From: a virus
Lineage: Duplodnaviria; Caudoviricetes
Direction: 5' to 3' (one strand)
IMG/VR virus record: IMGVR_UViG_3300025600_000330
Location: 1-57,246 of that record
DNA: 57,246 nucleotides
The notes below the pieces were generated by a model, which was not told the DNA's origin, did not search any database, and worked only from the letters and a program-made list of their open reading frames with translations. Of the stretch, positions 46,515 through 56,530 are shown in pieces (position 1 is the first letter of the stretch; every line of letters begins with the position of its first letter). Both the position numbers and the translations under genes were made by a program.

Positions 46515-47165
46515 ATGAGTATTCTACTGCGGAAGGGGCAGGGCTATAACGCTGAGTATGCGTCCACGGATTACCCAGTGCTTTCCTCCGATTGGACGGG
46601 GGATATATCCCTCTATACGGTGTATCCCGGCATCGCGAGGTTCACAAAGGCGCTCACGCGGTCAGACAACAAGATGATGCTTGCGCTGGACGCAGGCGAC
46701 ATCAGTGGCCTAGACGCTGGAGTGTATTACTTCGCCTCTACGATAAAAAACTCGGTCACAGGACTGTCTATCACATCGGTGAACTTCGCCACGGTGACAG
46801 ATTTGACAATCGCCAGCGGTCCAATGTGCAGGATTTTTGTGACCGTTGCCAAGGCTGACGGGACGCCTGCTGGGAAGCAGACGAAGACCCTCGTCAACGC
46901 TGCCCTGCCGGGTAAGACATCTTCTATGCAGGTAGTACTCGGATGGGCTGGAGTTCCCCTCTCTGCCGACCACTTGATGGTCGATCTCATCTCCGGGTGC
47001 GTCATCGGCACGGAGCGCATCTCAACAACGACCAATGCGGCAGGATATGGGGAGTTGAACGTGGTTCAAGGCGTGATGGTCAGGATCACATGCCCATCCC
47101 TTGGCAAACCCGTAGACGTTGACACCACAGGTCTGGACGCTATCGACATTAGCGAATACTTTTAG
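46515..47165 (+). CDS. virion protein
   Basis: GAGG RBS, operon packing. Confidence 0.6.
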   Translation: MSILLRKGQGYNAEYASTDYPVLSSDWTGDISLYTVYPGIARFTKALTRSDNKMMLALDAGDISGLDAGVYYFASTIKNSVTGLSITSVNFATVTDLTIASGPMCRIFVTVAKADGTPAGKQTKTLVNAALPGKTSSMQVVLGWAGVPLSADHLMVDLISGCVIGTERISTTTNAAGYGELNVVQGVMVRITCPSLGKPVDVDTTGLDAIDISEYF

Positions 47166-47174
47166 GGAGGGCGT

Positions 47175-48512
47175 ATGGCTGAAATACCGACAACTACCGA
47201 TCTAGACATCACCGCAGGCAACACATCCGCTGCAGTCCGCGATGTACTGGAGGCTAAGTACGCTGACGCCAATAACTGGGCGACATGGTCTGCCGGGATG
47301 CTTAAAGAAAACATCGCGGACATCAACAACCTGCTTGGAACCGACATAGTCGGCAACAACCTCGCGTCCCTGACCGGGGTGCTGGATGCCATCCAGTTGT
47401 ATACCCCTCCCGGCGCTTTTACTTATACGCCCCCCGCAGCCCCGTTGTATGATGTGGTCCCCACATATGCAGAGCAGACCCTTGGGGCGATTCTCGCTAT
47501 CCCGGCAGTGGAAACCATCTCCATCGGGGACGCTCCCTCGACTGCGGTGACTTTCGAGAACTCAGAATACTCGGACTCGCTACTGGGGTCGCTCAAGACG
47601 AAGTTGAGTGCAGACCTTGCAGCGGGTAGCACGGGTCTGGGTGACGCGGAAGCTGCATTGTTCGCGAGGTCTGTCGCGAGAGAGAACGACGTACTGGATG
47701 ACGCATACAACCAGATCACCGCCGACTTCTCTAGCCGGGGGTATGACATGCCTCCCGGTGGGATCCTCGCCCTGAAGGAGCGCGAGAACAACAAGTCGGT
47801 GATCCGTCTGACCGATGTAAACGCAGCGATCATGTCAGAATCTGCGAAACTGGCTCAGTCGTGGAACCAGACCACCGTCACTGCCTGCGCCCAGATTCAG
47901 GACATTCTGGCGCGGGTCTTCGATAGCAGGATCGTCCGGAGCTTTGAGGCAGAGAAGATCCGGGTGACGCTCGCCCTTGAGGGGTTCAAGCAGGAGGTCG
48001 CGGTTGCTCTCGCGAAGGCAGATCTGAACAAAGTGGCAATCGCAGCAACGGTCGCAGTGAATGACGGCACCATCAAGGCATTCGTTGCCGAGATTGAGGG
48101 GCAGACCGCTCCGATCAAGGCGATAGCGGAAGGGAATCAAGCGCAGGCGCAGGCGTACTCAGCCGCTGTTCAGGCGTCGGTCGCATCCCTCAATGCACAG
48201 GCGATCCCTGAAGAACTGAAGCTTAAAGGTGTAACCGCTAACGCACAGGTCGCCGGGGTGAAGTCGGAAGCGGCGGCGAACGTGGCGAAGATCGCCATCG
48301 ACGCGGCGGTGCGCCAGTTGACTCTGGAGGTCACAACCATCCAAGGTCTGGCGCAGTCCGCGTCCACGATGGTTGCGGCAGCACTCAACGGAGTTTCCGT
48401 GGCGACCTCCTTCGGATACAAAGCGGACACTTCAGTGTCGGTTGGGTCGGCCAACAACACCAACACCGCATACACTGCGACTCCCGGCACGCTGCCGACC
48501 TTGCACGCATAA
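47175..48512 (+). CDS. helical internal virion/ejection protein
   Basis: Ala-rich; FSSRGYDMPPG motif. Confidence 0.6.
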   Translation: MAEIPTTTDLDITAGNTSAAVRDVLEAKYADANNWATWSAGMLKENIADINNLLGTDIVGNNLASLTGVLDAIQLYTPPGAFTYTPPAAPLYDVVPTYAEQTLGAILAIPAVETISIGDAPSTAVTFENSEYSDSLLGSLKTKLSADLAAGSTGLGDAEAALFARSVARENDVLDDAYNQITADFSSRGYDMPPGGILALKERENNKSVIRLTDVNAAIMSESAKLAQSWNQTTVTACAQIQDILARVFDSRIVRSFEAEKIRVTLALEGFKQEVAVALAKADLNKVAIAATVAVNDGTIKAFVAEIEGQTAPIKAIAEGNQAQAQAYSAAVQASVASLNAQAIPEELKLKGVTANAQVAGVKSEAAANVAKIAIDAAVRQLTLEVTTIQGLAQSASTMVAAALNGVSVATSFGYKADTSVSVGSANNTNTAYTATPGTLPTLHA

Positions 48513-48560
48513 TCTTTTTGTGTTATAGATCATTCCGATGGAATGAATGGGAGGGGTAAG

Positions 48561-50786
48561 ATGGGGTTCGATTGGAGCAAGTCCATAGGCGATAAAGTTG
48601 ACGATTGGAGTCGCAAGATGATGGGTGCGCCGGGGATTATGTCGGGTTATGCGGAGGGTGGGATGCCTCTTGCGCTACCTGCCCCCGCATCGGGTATTCC
48701 GGGCGCTGGTGGAACCATTCCCGGTCCCGTGAATCTCGCGACAGGCGACGACACCATGACCCCCACGAAAAGGGGCGAGTACATCTGGCCCGTTGAGGCG
48801 GTCATGGCACTCGGCAGAACCTGCGTTAAGGGTGAAATTTCCGACGAGGATGCCCTTGCTCTGGGCAAACTCAAGTTGGACGCGGATGTCACCAAGCTGA
48901 AGGCGGCAGGCGGCGACAGCACTCCTGTGCGGAACGCTGGGCCTGTCGGTCTCCCGCAGCCGGGGTTCGCAGAGGGTGGCGCAGTCGGCAGCAACTATCC
49001 CGTCGCTGGATCCGGGTTCCCCGTTGCTGGTGCGGACTTCCCGGTCGCCGGTGCAGGATTCCCCGTGGCGGGGCTACCCGCGCCGACTCCTGCCCCTGTG
49101 CGCGGATATGCTGAAGGCGGGGCTGTCGGGGTAGAGACTCCGCTCACCGACGCTTTTAACGCAACGCCTTCGGGCATCCAGCCCATGCCGCCGCGACTCG
49201 CTGATCCGCAGCCGGGATACCCCGCAACGGCAAAGATGCCGATAGGCGAAGCACGCCGTCCGATGCCGGTTAGGCCGGTTAGTCCTAGCTTCCCCCTCGC
49301 AATGGCTCCCGCCGATGCAGGCCCGACCCCTCTGACGGACGCCTTCAATGGGATGGGGGCTGCAGGCGCGGCAACGCCCACCGTCCAGCCGAAGGTCAAT
49401 GGCGTCTCCGGTATCGCATCGCCCCCCGCGCATCGTCCCCCGTCCGTCGAGGCACCCGACGATATGCCCGATAGTTCTTACGACCTGACGGGTCTTCAGC
49501 GGGATGCCAAACGGGGCAGCGCGGATGGCATCCTAGACCATCTAGTCGCCCAACGGGACGCATCAGGGCAGTCATCCGCGCCTGTATCTGGTGTGCAGGC
49601 GGCACCCCTCGCGGCACCTAGCGACTTTGCCAGCCACCTTGTTGCGGTCACCCACGGCAACACCTCTTGGGATTTATCCCCGGAACAGCAGACGGCAATG
49701 GCGACTGCCAACTTCAACGCAGATCAGGCGAACTACAAATCGGGCATAGAACAGCAGGCACCCCTGATCAATGCCAATGCCAACAAAATGGTCGCGGAGA
49801 CCGGCAAGGCGAAGGGCGAGATGGAGAATAGTCTCGCACCGGGGATCGCCGGATCGCGGTCGGGACTGGAGAACGCGCAGGCAACGGACGCCCTTTCTCA
49901 GGCCAAACTGCGCGACTTTCAGGCCACCGTCGAGGGCGCAAGAGCGACCCATTCGGGCGCTGGCAACATCGCCACCATGGACGACCAGACGAAGAAAGAC
50001 CTCGCAGCCAAGTACGCCATTACTGGAGTCCTTCCCCCTATGGGCAGGGGTGCTGCCGGTGAGGTGAATAGAACCGCCATCCTTGCCGAGTGGTCGAAGA
50101 GCATCCACGCAACGGGAGGCACGGTCGAAGAGCAGACGGCAAGACAGTCCGCGCTCAAGGCGAGTCAGGGCGAACTAGCGTCACTCCAGAAACAGCGCGG
50201 ATCCGTCATGACCTTCGCCAATACCGCGATCAAGAACTTTGACATGGTGGATCAGCTTTCTCAGTCGGTCGGTCGGTCGGGTACTCCCCTTCTCAACAAC
50301 TGGATACTGAAGGGTAAGCGGTCCATCGCGGGGGATGTCGATACTGTCAAATTCGATGCCGTTGTGCAGACTGCCATTGCCGAATACGCAAGAGTCATGT
50401 CCTCCGCTACCGGCGGGGGCGTAACGTCAGACTCTGCCCGAAAAGAGGTACAGGAGATGCTGAATACCGCCCAGACCCCGGAACAGGTCACGGGCGTACT
50501 CAAGACCCTGCGTCAGGAAATAGGCAACCGCAAAAGCTCGTACGACGAGAGCATCAATCAGATCAGAAGTGCCATCGCTGGCGGTGCCGAGCCTGCCGCA
50601 CCGTCTCCCTCTGGCCTGCAGTCGCCCAGCGCCCAGCCGCAGCAGCAGTACTGGAAACAACCCGGAACCAACTCCGTAAAAATGGAATCGGTTAACTATC
50701 TACGGAATAACCCGTCTCCCGCAGTCCGCGCCGACTTTGACAAAATGTATGGTCCGGGTTACGCCGCGCTTGCACTCAAAGGATAA
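48561..50786 (+). CDS. internal virion (ejection) protein with low-complexity repeats
   Basis: G(Y/F)AEGG x3, PVAG repeats, helical C-terminus. Confidence 0.65.
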   Translation: MGFDWSKSIGDKVDDWSRKMMGAPGIMSGYAEGGMPLALPAPASGIPGAGGTIPGPVNLATGDDTMTPTKRGEYIWPVEAVMALGRTCVKGEISDEDALALGKLKLDADVTKLKAAGGDSTPVRNAGPVGLPQPGFAEGGAVGSNYPVAGSGFPVAGADFPVAGAGFPVAGLPAPTPAPVRGYAEGGAVGVETPLTDAFNATPSGIQPMPPRLADPQPGYPATAKMPIGEARRPMPVRPVSPSFPLAMAPADAGPTPLTDAFNGMGAAGAATPTVQPKVNGVSGIASPPAHRPPSVEAPDDMPDSSYDLTGLQRDAKRGSADGILDHLVAQRDASGQSSAPVSGVQAAPLAAPSDFASHLVAVTHGNTSWDLSPEQQTAMATANFNADQANYKSGIEQQAPLINANANKMVAETGKAKGEMENSLAPGIAGSRSGLENAQATDALSQAKLRDFQATVEGARATHSGAGNIATMDDQTKKDLAAKYAITGVLPPMGRGAAGEVNRTAILAEWSKSIHATGGTVEEQTARQSALKASQGELASLQKQRGSVMTFANTAIKNFDMVDQLSQSVGRSGTPLLNNWILKGKRSIAGDVDTVKFDAVVQTAIAEYARVMSSATGGGVTSDSARKEVQEMLNTAQTPEQVTGVLKTLRQEIGNRKSSYDESINQIRSAIAGGAEPAAPSPSGLQSPSAQPQQQYWKQPGTNSVKMESVNYLRNNPSPAVRADFDKMYGPGYAALALKG

Positions 50787-50795
50787 GGAACCCTA

Positions 50796-53700
50796 ATGGC
50801 AAACATTTTCGACCAGTTTGAAGCGCCTCCCAAGCCTGCGGCAACCGCCAACGTCTTCGACCAGTTTGAGTCCCCGTCTGCAGCGGCTCCTGCTGTAGCG
50901 GAGCCAGTTGCCAGCGGTCTCCCGCAGTTTGCCTCCGCAGCCGATGCGGAGCGCAAGCAGGATGCTTTCGTCCAGAACGAGGGGACCACTGGCACCGTTG
51001 CCAAACACATGCTTAGTCGGGCGTTCAACCCCTCCGACCCCATTGCCCCTGCCAGTGGTCTCAACGCGGACTGGCTTACCCGTGTAGCCCCCCGCTCGGT
51101 CACATCCTTCATCCCCAAGGTCGTCGGCGGGGTTTATGACGCAATCAAGGGGCAGACCGACCCTCTGATTGAAGGTCTGGCTGACACCACCAACCCCAAC
51201 GCGGCAGCAGAGATGCGGCAGAAGATGGAGACCAATGCGCTGAACGCCGTCAAGGGTCTTGGGGCAGCAACCACTTCGGGGCTGGGGTTCGGGATGGGCG
51301 AAGATGGCAATGTCAATTGGAGCATGGACAATGCCAAGAGGGCGTGGCTGTCCGACCCCGCCATGGCAGCGGCAGGCGTTATCCCCATGGCGCATCCTGC
51401 CATGGACCTCGCCAAACCTGCCATCAAAGGCACCGTTAAGGCTGTAGCGGACACTGGCGCTGGCATCCTTGGCACGACCACTGGGACCGGGACCAACTTC
51501 ATCAAGCAGGCGGTGAAGGCGGGGTACGAGGGCAGCGCCGACTTCGTGAAGCACATGAGGGGGGAGGGCGAGGGTGGGGCAGAGATCGTGCAGTCCGCAA
51601 AGGATGCGCTGGGGCAGATAGCGACCGCACGCGGCGACGAGTACCGAGTCAAGCTGAAGGACATCGCGGATAACAACAACACCGCAGACCTCAACCTCGC
51701 CCCGATCCGGTCTGCGTGGGAGGTTGCTAAGACCAAGTTTGGGATCAAGACCGAGGACGTGCTGGACAGCAACGGCGTCCCGACCGGGGAGACCCGCCTG
51801 AACCTAGACCGCTCCACCCTTGGGCGCAAGGAGATGCCTGACGTTCAGGAGGTCTCTGACATGCTGGAGGGATGGGGGACCAAGGCGGGAGACACCACCC
51901 CGCTGGGGCTTGACCTCCTCAAGCGCAAGCTCGACAACCTGTACACCGAGTCGAAAGACAGCCGAGTTATTGTCTCAGGTTTGCGGGACATCGTCAAGAA
52001 GACCATCGTGGAGGCAGTGCCTGAATACGCTGACATGACTAAGGGATACGAGACTGCAACTGGCATGATCAACGAGATGGACCGCACTCTATCTCTTGGC
52101 AGAAAGCCGATGATTGACACCACTATGAGGAAGCTCACGCAGGCGATGCGTGATAACTTCCAGTTCAGGCACGAACTGGTGACCACGTTGTCAGATATGA
52201 CCGGCGAGGACTTACCCTCAATGATCGCTGGCTACAATATGTCGTCGTGGCAACCGCAGGGAGGATTTGGTCGCCTCACGTCGCTGGGTGCCATCGGCGG
52301 GGCGGCAGCGCATGTCCTGACCCCGGCATATCTGGCAGGCTTGGTGGCAGCGTCCCCCCGTCTAGTTGGCGAGTCGATGCGTGCTATCGGGATAACCGGC
52401 AGGGCTGCGCGGGTCGTCATTGACGCGATCCCTGAGATTAGGGCAAAGCTCGCGGCACAGAAGTCTGCAAAGAGCGCCACAGGGGAGCCTCTCGCAGAGG
52501 GTGATGCGGCACCGGCAGTCGATCCAGCGTCGGCACCCGACTTCACCATGGAGGGCAAGCCGTACGACAAGGTCGATGCCGAAGTAGTGGATCCCAGCAA
52601 GCCGCTGGGGATCACCCATAACCCGCCGGTCATCGACGCGGAGGTCGTCCCCCCCGCCACCCCCAACTTCGTCATGGACGGTCCCCAGTACACCCCGGTC
52701 ACCCCGGACGTGATGCCGCGCACCGATCCTCTCGCTATCGGGCATAGCCCGGAGCCGATTGACGCCCAGCTAGGCAGCGTGTACGCCGACAGGGGCGCTG
52801 CGCCGTCCGCTGCTGACCTTGTAGGCGACAGTAGGGCAGGCAGGCAGGCCACCATGCCGGGGAACGACGGGATCGCCCCTGAAGGGCAACCTGCTGCGCC
52901 CATGTACTCCGTCTCTGATGGTTCCAAGACCGTCGCCCCTGCCGGTGACCGCACTGCTGCCGTGCAGGCCGAGTTCCCGAAATCCGAGATCATCGACCAC
53001 GGCGACGGTAACCACACGGTCAACAACCCGAACGGCACGACCGTCCATGTGAATTCCGTTGGCGACATCACGATGACCCCGGAGCAGAAATTGTCCGCAG
53101 GAGACGCTCTGGGGCGCGAACTGGGTCCGACTGATGTACCCGTCGCCTCGTTCCAGATGATTAGCAGGGAAGGGGTAGTGTCGCTCACTCAGGAGGGTGC
53201 CGGGGAGCTACCTCATGAGGTATTCCATGCCGCCATGGAGATGGCTCTCACCGCCGAGGAGAAGTCTGCTCTGATCGCGAAGCACGGGACCGAGGAGTCT
53301 GCCGCGTCCGCGTACAAGGAGTACCGGGACAACCGGGACGCTCGGTCGGACACTATTCTAGGCAAAGTGTACAACTACGTTCAGGATCTGGTCGCTGGCC
53401 TGAGTAAGTCGAACGCGGCCTTTCGTGACATCGAGAATGGGGCTGTTTGGACTCGCGTTGCAGAAAAAGTAGACGCCAAGCAGGGCGCTCTTGCCCCGGA
53501 CTACTCTATCCGCACATGGTCCGAGCAGGAGAAGGCGGCAGTGAAAGCAGTTGCGGCCAAGGAGGGCATCTCCGAGAAGAAGGTCGGCAAGTGGATCAAG
53601 GACATCGACAACGCCATGGCGCGAGTGGTGGCTGACTCGACGCTGGACTTCAACTCCGAGGCGTCTGACCTGTACTCCGCGCTGAAGTCGAACAGCGACA

Positions 53701-55265
53701 AGCACTACACCGTGTCTCTGGATTTCTCCACCTTGTGCCGCAAGCGGTATGAGCTTATGGCAACCATTGAAGCTATCCAGACCAAGACTGGGAGGGCGCT
53801 GACCAAAGACACATGGGTTGACGTTCGCGCAGAGTTGGATAGGATGGGGTACGATGTTTCCTGTGGCGCATGCTATGTGGATGCGAAGCGAATGGAGGCT
53901 GGCAAGTTTATCAACGAGTTCATCGACTCCCACCCCACAGAAGACTCATCTCAATTTATTACTCAGTCAGGAATTGATGGACTTAAGCGAGATAAGCCTG
54001 AACTGTATGCGGAGTTCAAGAAGAAGCTCGGCAGCAATAACGCAAAGACCCCAGAGAGTCGGGTTGACTATAAGCATGAGATCAGGGATTACTTCACGTC
54101 TTCTTCGGCAGGCAAGACCCGCGTGGTGGACATGAACAAACGATCCGGGCTGCGGTGGCAGTCGTGGTCGGACTTTGAGGTCCCCCACATGCTCGACGCC
54201 ATGCAGGCGACTTTGGATATGTCGCTGGCGGGGCTGAAGGGTCATGGGTACACCAAGGTTCCCGACTTTGTCCTCGCTATGGGCAACACGGGGCTAATGA
54301 TTAACATGAGCCTGATCGCCAAGGGGACCGGATTCGACGCGCTAGGCAAACTAATCTTTGACCCCAAGGAGGGCATGGACTTCGATAGGGCAATGGAACT
54401 GCGTGACGCCCACGAAAAGACCACAGGGACCATCGCTATCGGGATCAGCGACAGGCACGTCCTCGCGCTGCTGGCTGACCCCCGGATCGACTATGTGATC
54501 CCGTACCACGCGTCGGGCTTGTCGGGCGCTATCGCCAAGAAGTTCAACATGGACGGCTGGAGGGACTACACCGACACCCAGACGGAAGGAATTGCCGACA
54601 TGGCGAAGTTTCACGATGTCGTCGTTTCCAAGATGAAGGACACCCCTGCCAAGAAACGCCTGATCGAGAAGTTTGAGGCTGGCGACGAGGGAGGCTACAG
54701 CAAGGAGGCGAAGAAGGCGGGGTTGGTCGGAGTGCCGTTCGTGGACTTTTGGTCCGACAGCAGGAGCGGCAAAGCCAACGCCAACGCCTACCTGCGGATC
54801 TGCCGGGAGAAGGGCCTAGATCCCAAGTTCCGGGGTAAGGAATACGCCAACGGCAATGCGCTGACAGATCTCACCCAAGAGGCGGGTTACTGGAAGTTGC
54901 TGATCGACCGCAAGTCCTATGACCATGCGGGGAAGAACATCACCCAGAAGGCGGTGACCCCAGTATACGACAACGCGGCAATACAGGGCATATACGACCG
55001 TGCCAGCGACAACCCTGTGCCGAATAAAGCAGTCTCGGAAGTCGTAGACAGGGTCTCTGCGAAGCTGATGAAGGGCGATACCCTGCGCCCCTCCGTCCAG
55101 TACCAAGGCAAGCAGATCAACGGCAAGGTTGGACAGACTCACGATAGCCTGCTGGCCGACAACAAGATCGGGCTGCGGCAGAAACATCTTCGCGGTTCCG
55201 TAGGGAATGACGGTGGTTTCGTCCCGCAGGAGGTTACCGCTCCGGGGCAAGTAGCGAATCCGTAA
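50796..55265 (+). CDS. large polyvalent ejection protein (HExxH peptidase-like motif plus Cys-containing C-terminal domain)
   Basis: 1489 aa; NIFDQF/NVFDQF N-terminus; PHEVFH; CRKR...CGACY. Confidence 0.75.
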   Translation: MANIFDQFEAPPKPAATANVFDQFESPSAAAPAVAEPVASGLPQFASAADAERKQDAFVQNEGTTGTVAKHMLSRAFNPSDPIAPASGLNADWLTRVAPRSVTSFIPKVVGGVYDAIKGQTDPLIEGLADTTNPNAAAEMRQKMETNALNAVKGLGAATTSGLGFGMGEDGNVNWSMDNAKRAWLSDPAMAAAGVIPMAHPAMDLAKPAIKGTVKAVADTGAGILGTTTGTGTNFIKQAVKAGYEGSADFVKHMRGEGEGGAEIVQSAKDALGQIATARGDEYRVKLKDIADNNNTADLNLAPIRSAWEVAKTKFGIKTEDVLDSNGVPTGETRLNLDRSTLGRKEMPDVQEVSDMLEGWGTKAGDTTPLGLDLLKRKLDNLYTESKDSRVIVSGLRDIVKKTIVEAVPEYADMTKGYETATGMINEMDRTLSLGRKPMIDTTMRKLTQAMRDNFQFRHELVTTLSDMTGEDLPSMIAGYNMSSWQPQGGFGRLTSLGAIGGAAAHVLTPAYLAGLVAASPRLVGESMRAIGITGRAARVVIDAIPEIRAKLAAQKSAKSATGEPLAEGDAAPAVDPASAPDFTMEGKPYDKVDAEVVDPSKPLGITHNPPVIDAEVVPPATPNFVMDGPQYTPVTPDVMPRTDPLAIGHSPEPIDAQLGSVYADRGAAPSAADLVGDSRAGRQATMPGNDGIAPEGQPAAPMYSVSDGSKTVAPAGDRTAAVQAEFPKSEIIDHGDGNHTVNNPNGTTVHVNSVGDITMTPEQKLSAGDALGRELGPTDVPVASFQMISREGVVSLTQEGAGELPHEVFHAAMEMALTAEEKSALIAKHGTEESAASAYKEYRDNRDARSDTILGKVYNYVQDLVAGLSKSNAAFRDIENGAVWTRVAEKVDAKQGALAPDYSIRTWSEQEKAAVKAVAAKEGISEKKVGKWIKDIDNAMARVVADSTLDFNSEASDLYSALKSNSDKHYTVSLDFSTLCRKRYELMATIEAIQTKTGRALTKDTWVDVRAELDRMGYDVSCGACYVDAKRMEAGKFINEFIDSHPTEDSSQFITQSGIDGLKRDKPELYAEFKKKLGSNNAKTPESRVDYKHEIRDYFTSSSAGKTRVVDMNKRSGLRWQSWSDFEVPHMLDAMQATLDMSLAGLKGHGYTKVPDFVLAMGNTGLMINMSLIAKGTGFDALGKLIFDPKEGMDFDRAMELRDAHEKTTGTIAIGISDRHVLALLADPRIDYVIPYHASGLSGAIAKKFNMDGWRDYTDTQTEGIADMAKFHDVVVSKMKDTPAKKRLIEKFEAGDEGGYSKEAKKAGLVGVPFVDFWSDSRSGKANANAYLRICREKGLDPKFRGKEYANGNALTDLTQEAGYWKLLIDRKSYDHAGKNITQKAVTPVYDNAAIQGIYDRASDNPVPNKAVSEVVDRVSAKLMKGDTLRPSVQYQGKQINGKVGQTHDSLLADNKIGLRQKHLRGSVGNDGGFVPQEVTAPGQVANP

Positions 55266-55364
55266 ACGGTTATTCAGTCAGGTGGAATGAAATTGCATTG
55301 CCATCGTCAAGCAAAAAGGGTATGGTGCAATTTATTTCAGCGTTCAAATGACAGGGAGACCATC

Positions 55365-55496
55365 ATGGCAAAAGAGAATCCGTTCGCCGCAAAAGCAGGC
55401 GCAAAAACCGCATCGAAGGGCGTCCCCGCAAAGGGTGCAGCCACCAAGAAAGATGCGTGCTGCCCCTCCTGCGGCGGGAAAAAGAAACCCTGCTAA
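55365..55496 (+). CDS. small basic protein
   Basis: GGGAG RBS; Lys/Ala-rich with CPSCGG; own promoter and terminator. Confidence 0.5.
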   Translation: MAKENPFAAKAGAKTASKGVPAKGAATKKDACCPSCGGKKKPC

Positions 55497-55505
55497 AGGG
55501 CTTGT

Positions 55506-55530
55506 GGGGGTTTCGGCCCCCTTTTCTTTT
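55506..55530 (+). terminator. intrinsic terminator
   Basis: GGGGGT-TTCG-GCCCCC-TTTTCTTTT. Confidence 0.8.
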
Positions 55531-55567
55531 GCCTGCAACTCATCCCACCTGATTGACGGAGACCGCA

Positions 55568-56143
55568 ATGGCGACCAACGAAGAACTCGACAGCAGACTT
55601 CGGAAGACCGAAGACGAAGCTATCGAGCGCAGAGGCGACCTGAAAAGGTACGTTGAGGATATGACCACACTCAAGGCCCAGATGGTCGAGGTAGTCGCCG
55701 CAGCCGCAAAGTTTGGGCATATAGAGACACTGGAAGCTAAAATCGATGCGTCCCATAGGCGTCAGGATGTGATGGACAAGACGTTCACGCCAGTAATGAT
55801 TGACCACAACCGTTGCCAAGCTGGCAAAGCTGCCGAATTGGTAGCTACGGCAGGGATGAACAAGAAGATCGGAGTGCTTGAATTCCAAGTCTCCACTCTG
55901 ACAAAGAGCAGCGACAACGCGGCTGGCTGGTGGAAAGAACTCACGATGCACATCGCCAAGACATTCCTCCCGCTGATCATTATGTCCGCGTTCATTATGT
56001 GGGCGCTGCACTTCAACGGGGTCAGCCTCCAGAATACCACCTCCAATGCTGAATCGGATCGCTCCAAGAAGATAGAGCAGAAGCTCGACAGGATCATGTC
56101 GGACAGAGGGATGTCCCCTCCCATCCAGACCACCACACCGTGA
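55568..56143 (+). CDS. coiled-coil membrane protein
   Basis: C-terminal TM helix; GGAG RBS. Confidence 0.6.
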   Translation: MATNEELDSRLRKTEDEAIERRGDLKRYVEDMTTLKAQMVEVVAAAAKFGHIETLEAKIDASHRRQDVMDKTFTPVMIDHNRCQAGKAAELVATAGMNKKIGVLEFQVSTLTKSSDNAAGWWKELTMHIAKTFLPLIIMSAFIMWALHFNGVSLQNTTSNAESDRSKKIEQKLDRIMSDRGMSPPIQTTTP

Positions 56144-56155
56144 GGTAGCGTCACA

Positions 56156-56530
56156 ATGGCAACCATATACAATATCGGATTCCCTGACGCCAGAAGCAAA
56201 GAGACCGACCCTATTGAGCAGGGGGCGTCTTTCCTTATGCCGTTCACGGTCCCCAATGTCTTCTCCAATGCAGGAGTCGGTTGCCTCGTCCGTGGGGGGC
56301 TGCGGCAGACCTATGACTCTGCCGACTTTATACCCTTTAAGGTGGAAATCACTTCGACAACCGCCGATCTGATTGAGGGTCTCATTGAGCTAACCCCCAC
56401 GACATCTGCGTCCATGACCCCCGGAGAGTATGTCTATGATGTGGAGATAGAGGATGCTGGAGGGTTCGTCATGAAGTTGGTCAAGGGTAAGGCGCTCGTC
56501 GCCCCTGAAGTGACCAAGGCAAGCCTGTGA
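56156..56530 (+). CDS. phage baseplate/fibre adaptor-like protein
   Basis: IEQGASF...GEYVYDVEIED...LVKG. Confidence 0.65.
   Translation: MATIYNIGFPDARSKETDPIEQGASFLMPFTVPNVFSNAGVGCLVRGGLRQTYDSADFIPFKVEITSTTADLIEGLIELTPTTSASMTPGEYVYDVEIEDAGGFVMKLVKGKALVAPEVTKASL

Noticed and set aside
55568-56143. Holin or lysis cassette call
   Set aside because: Only one TM helix and no endolysin in the window
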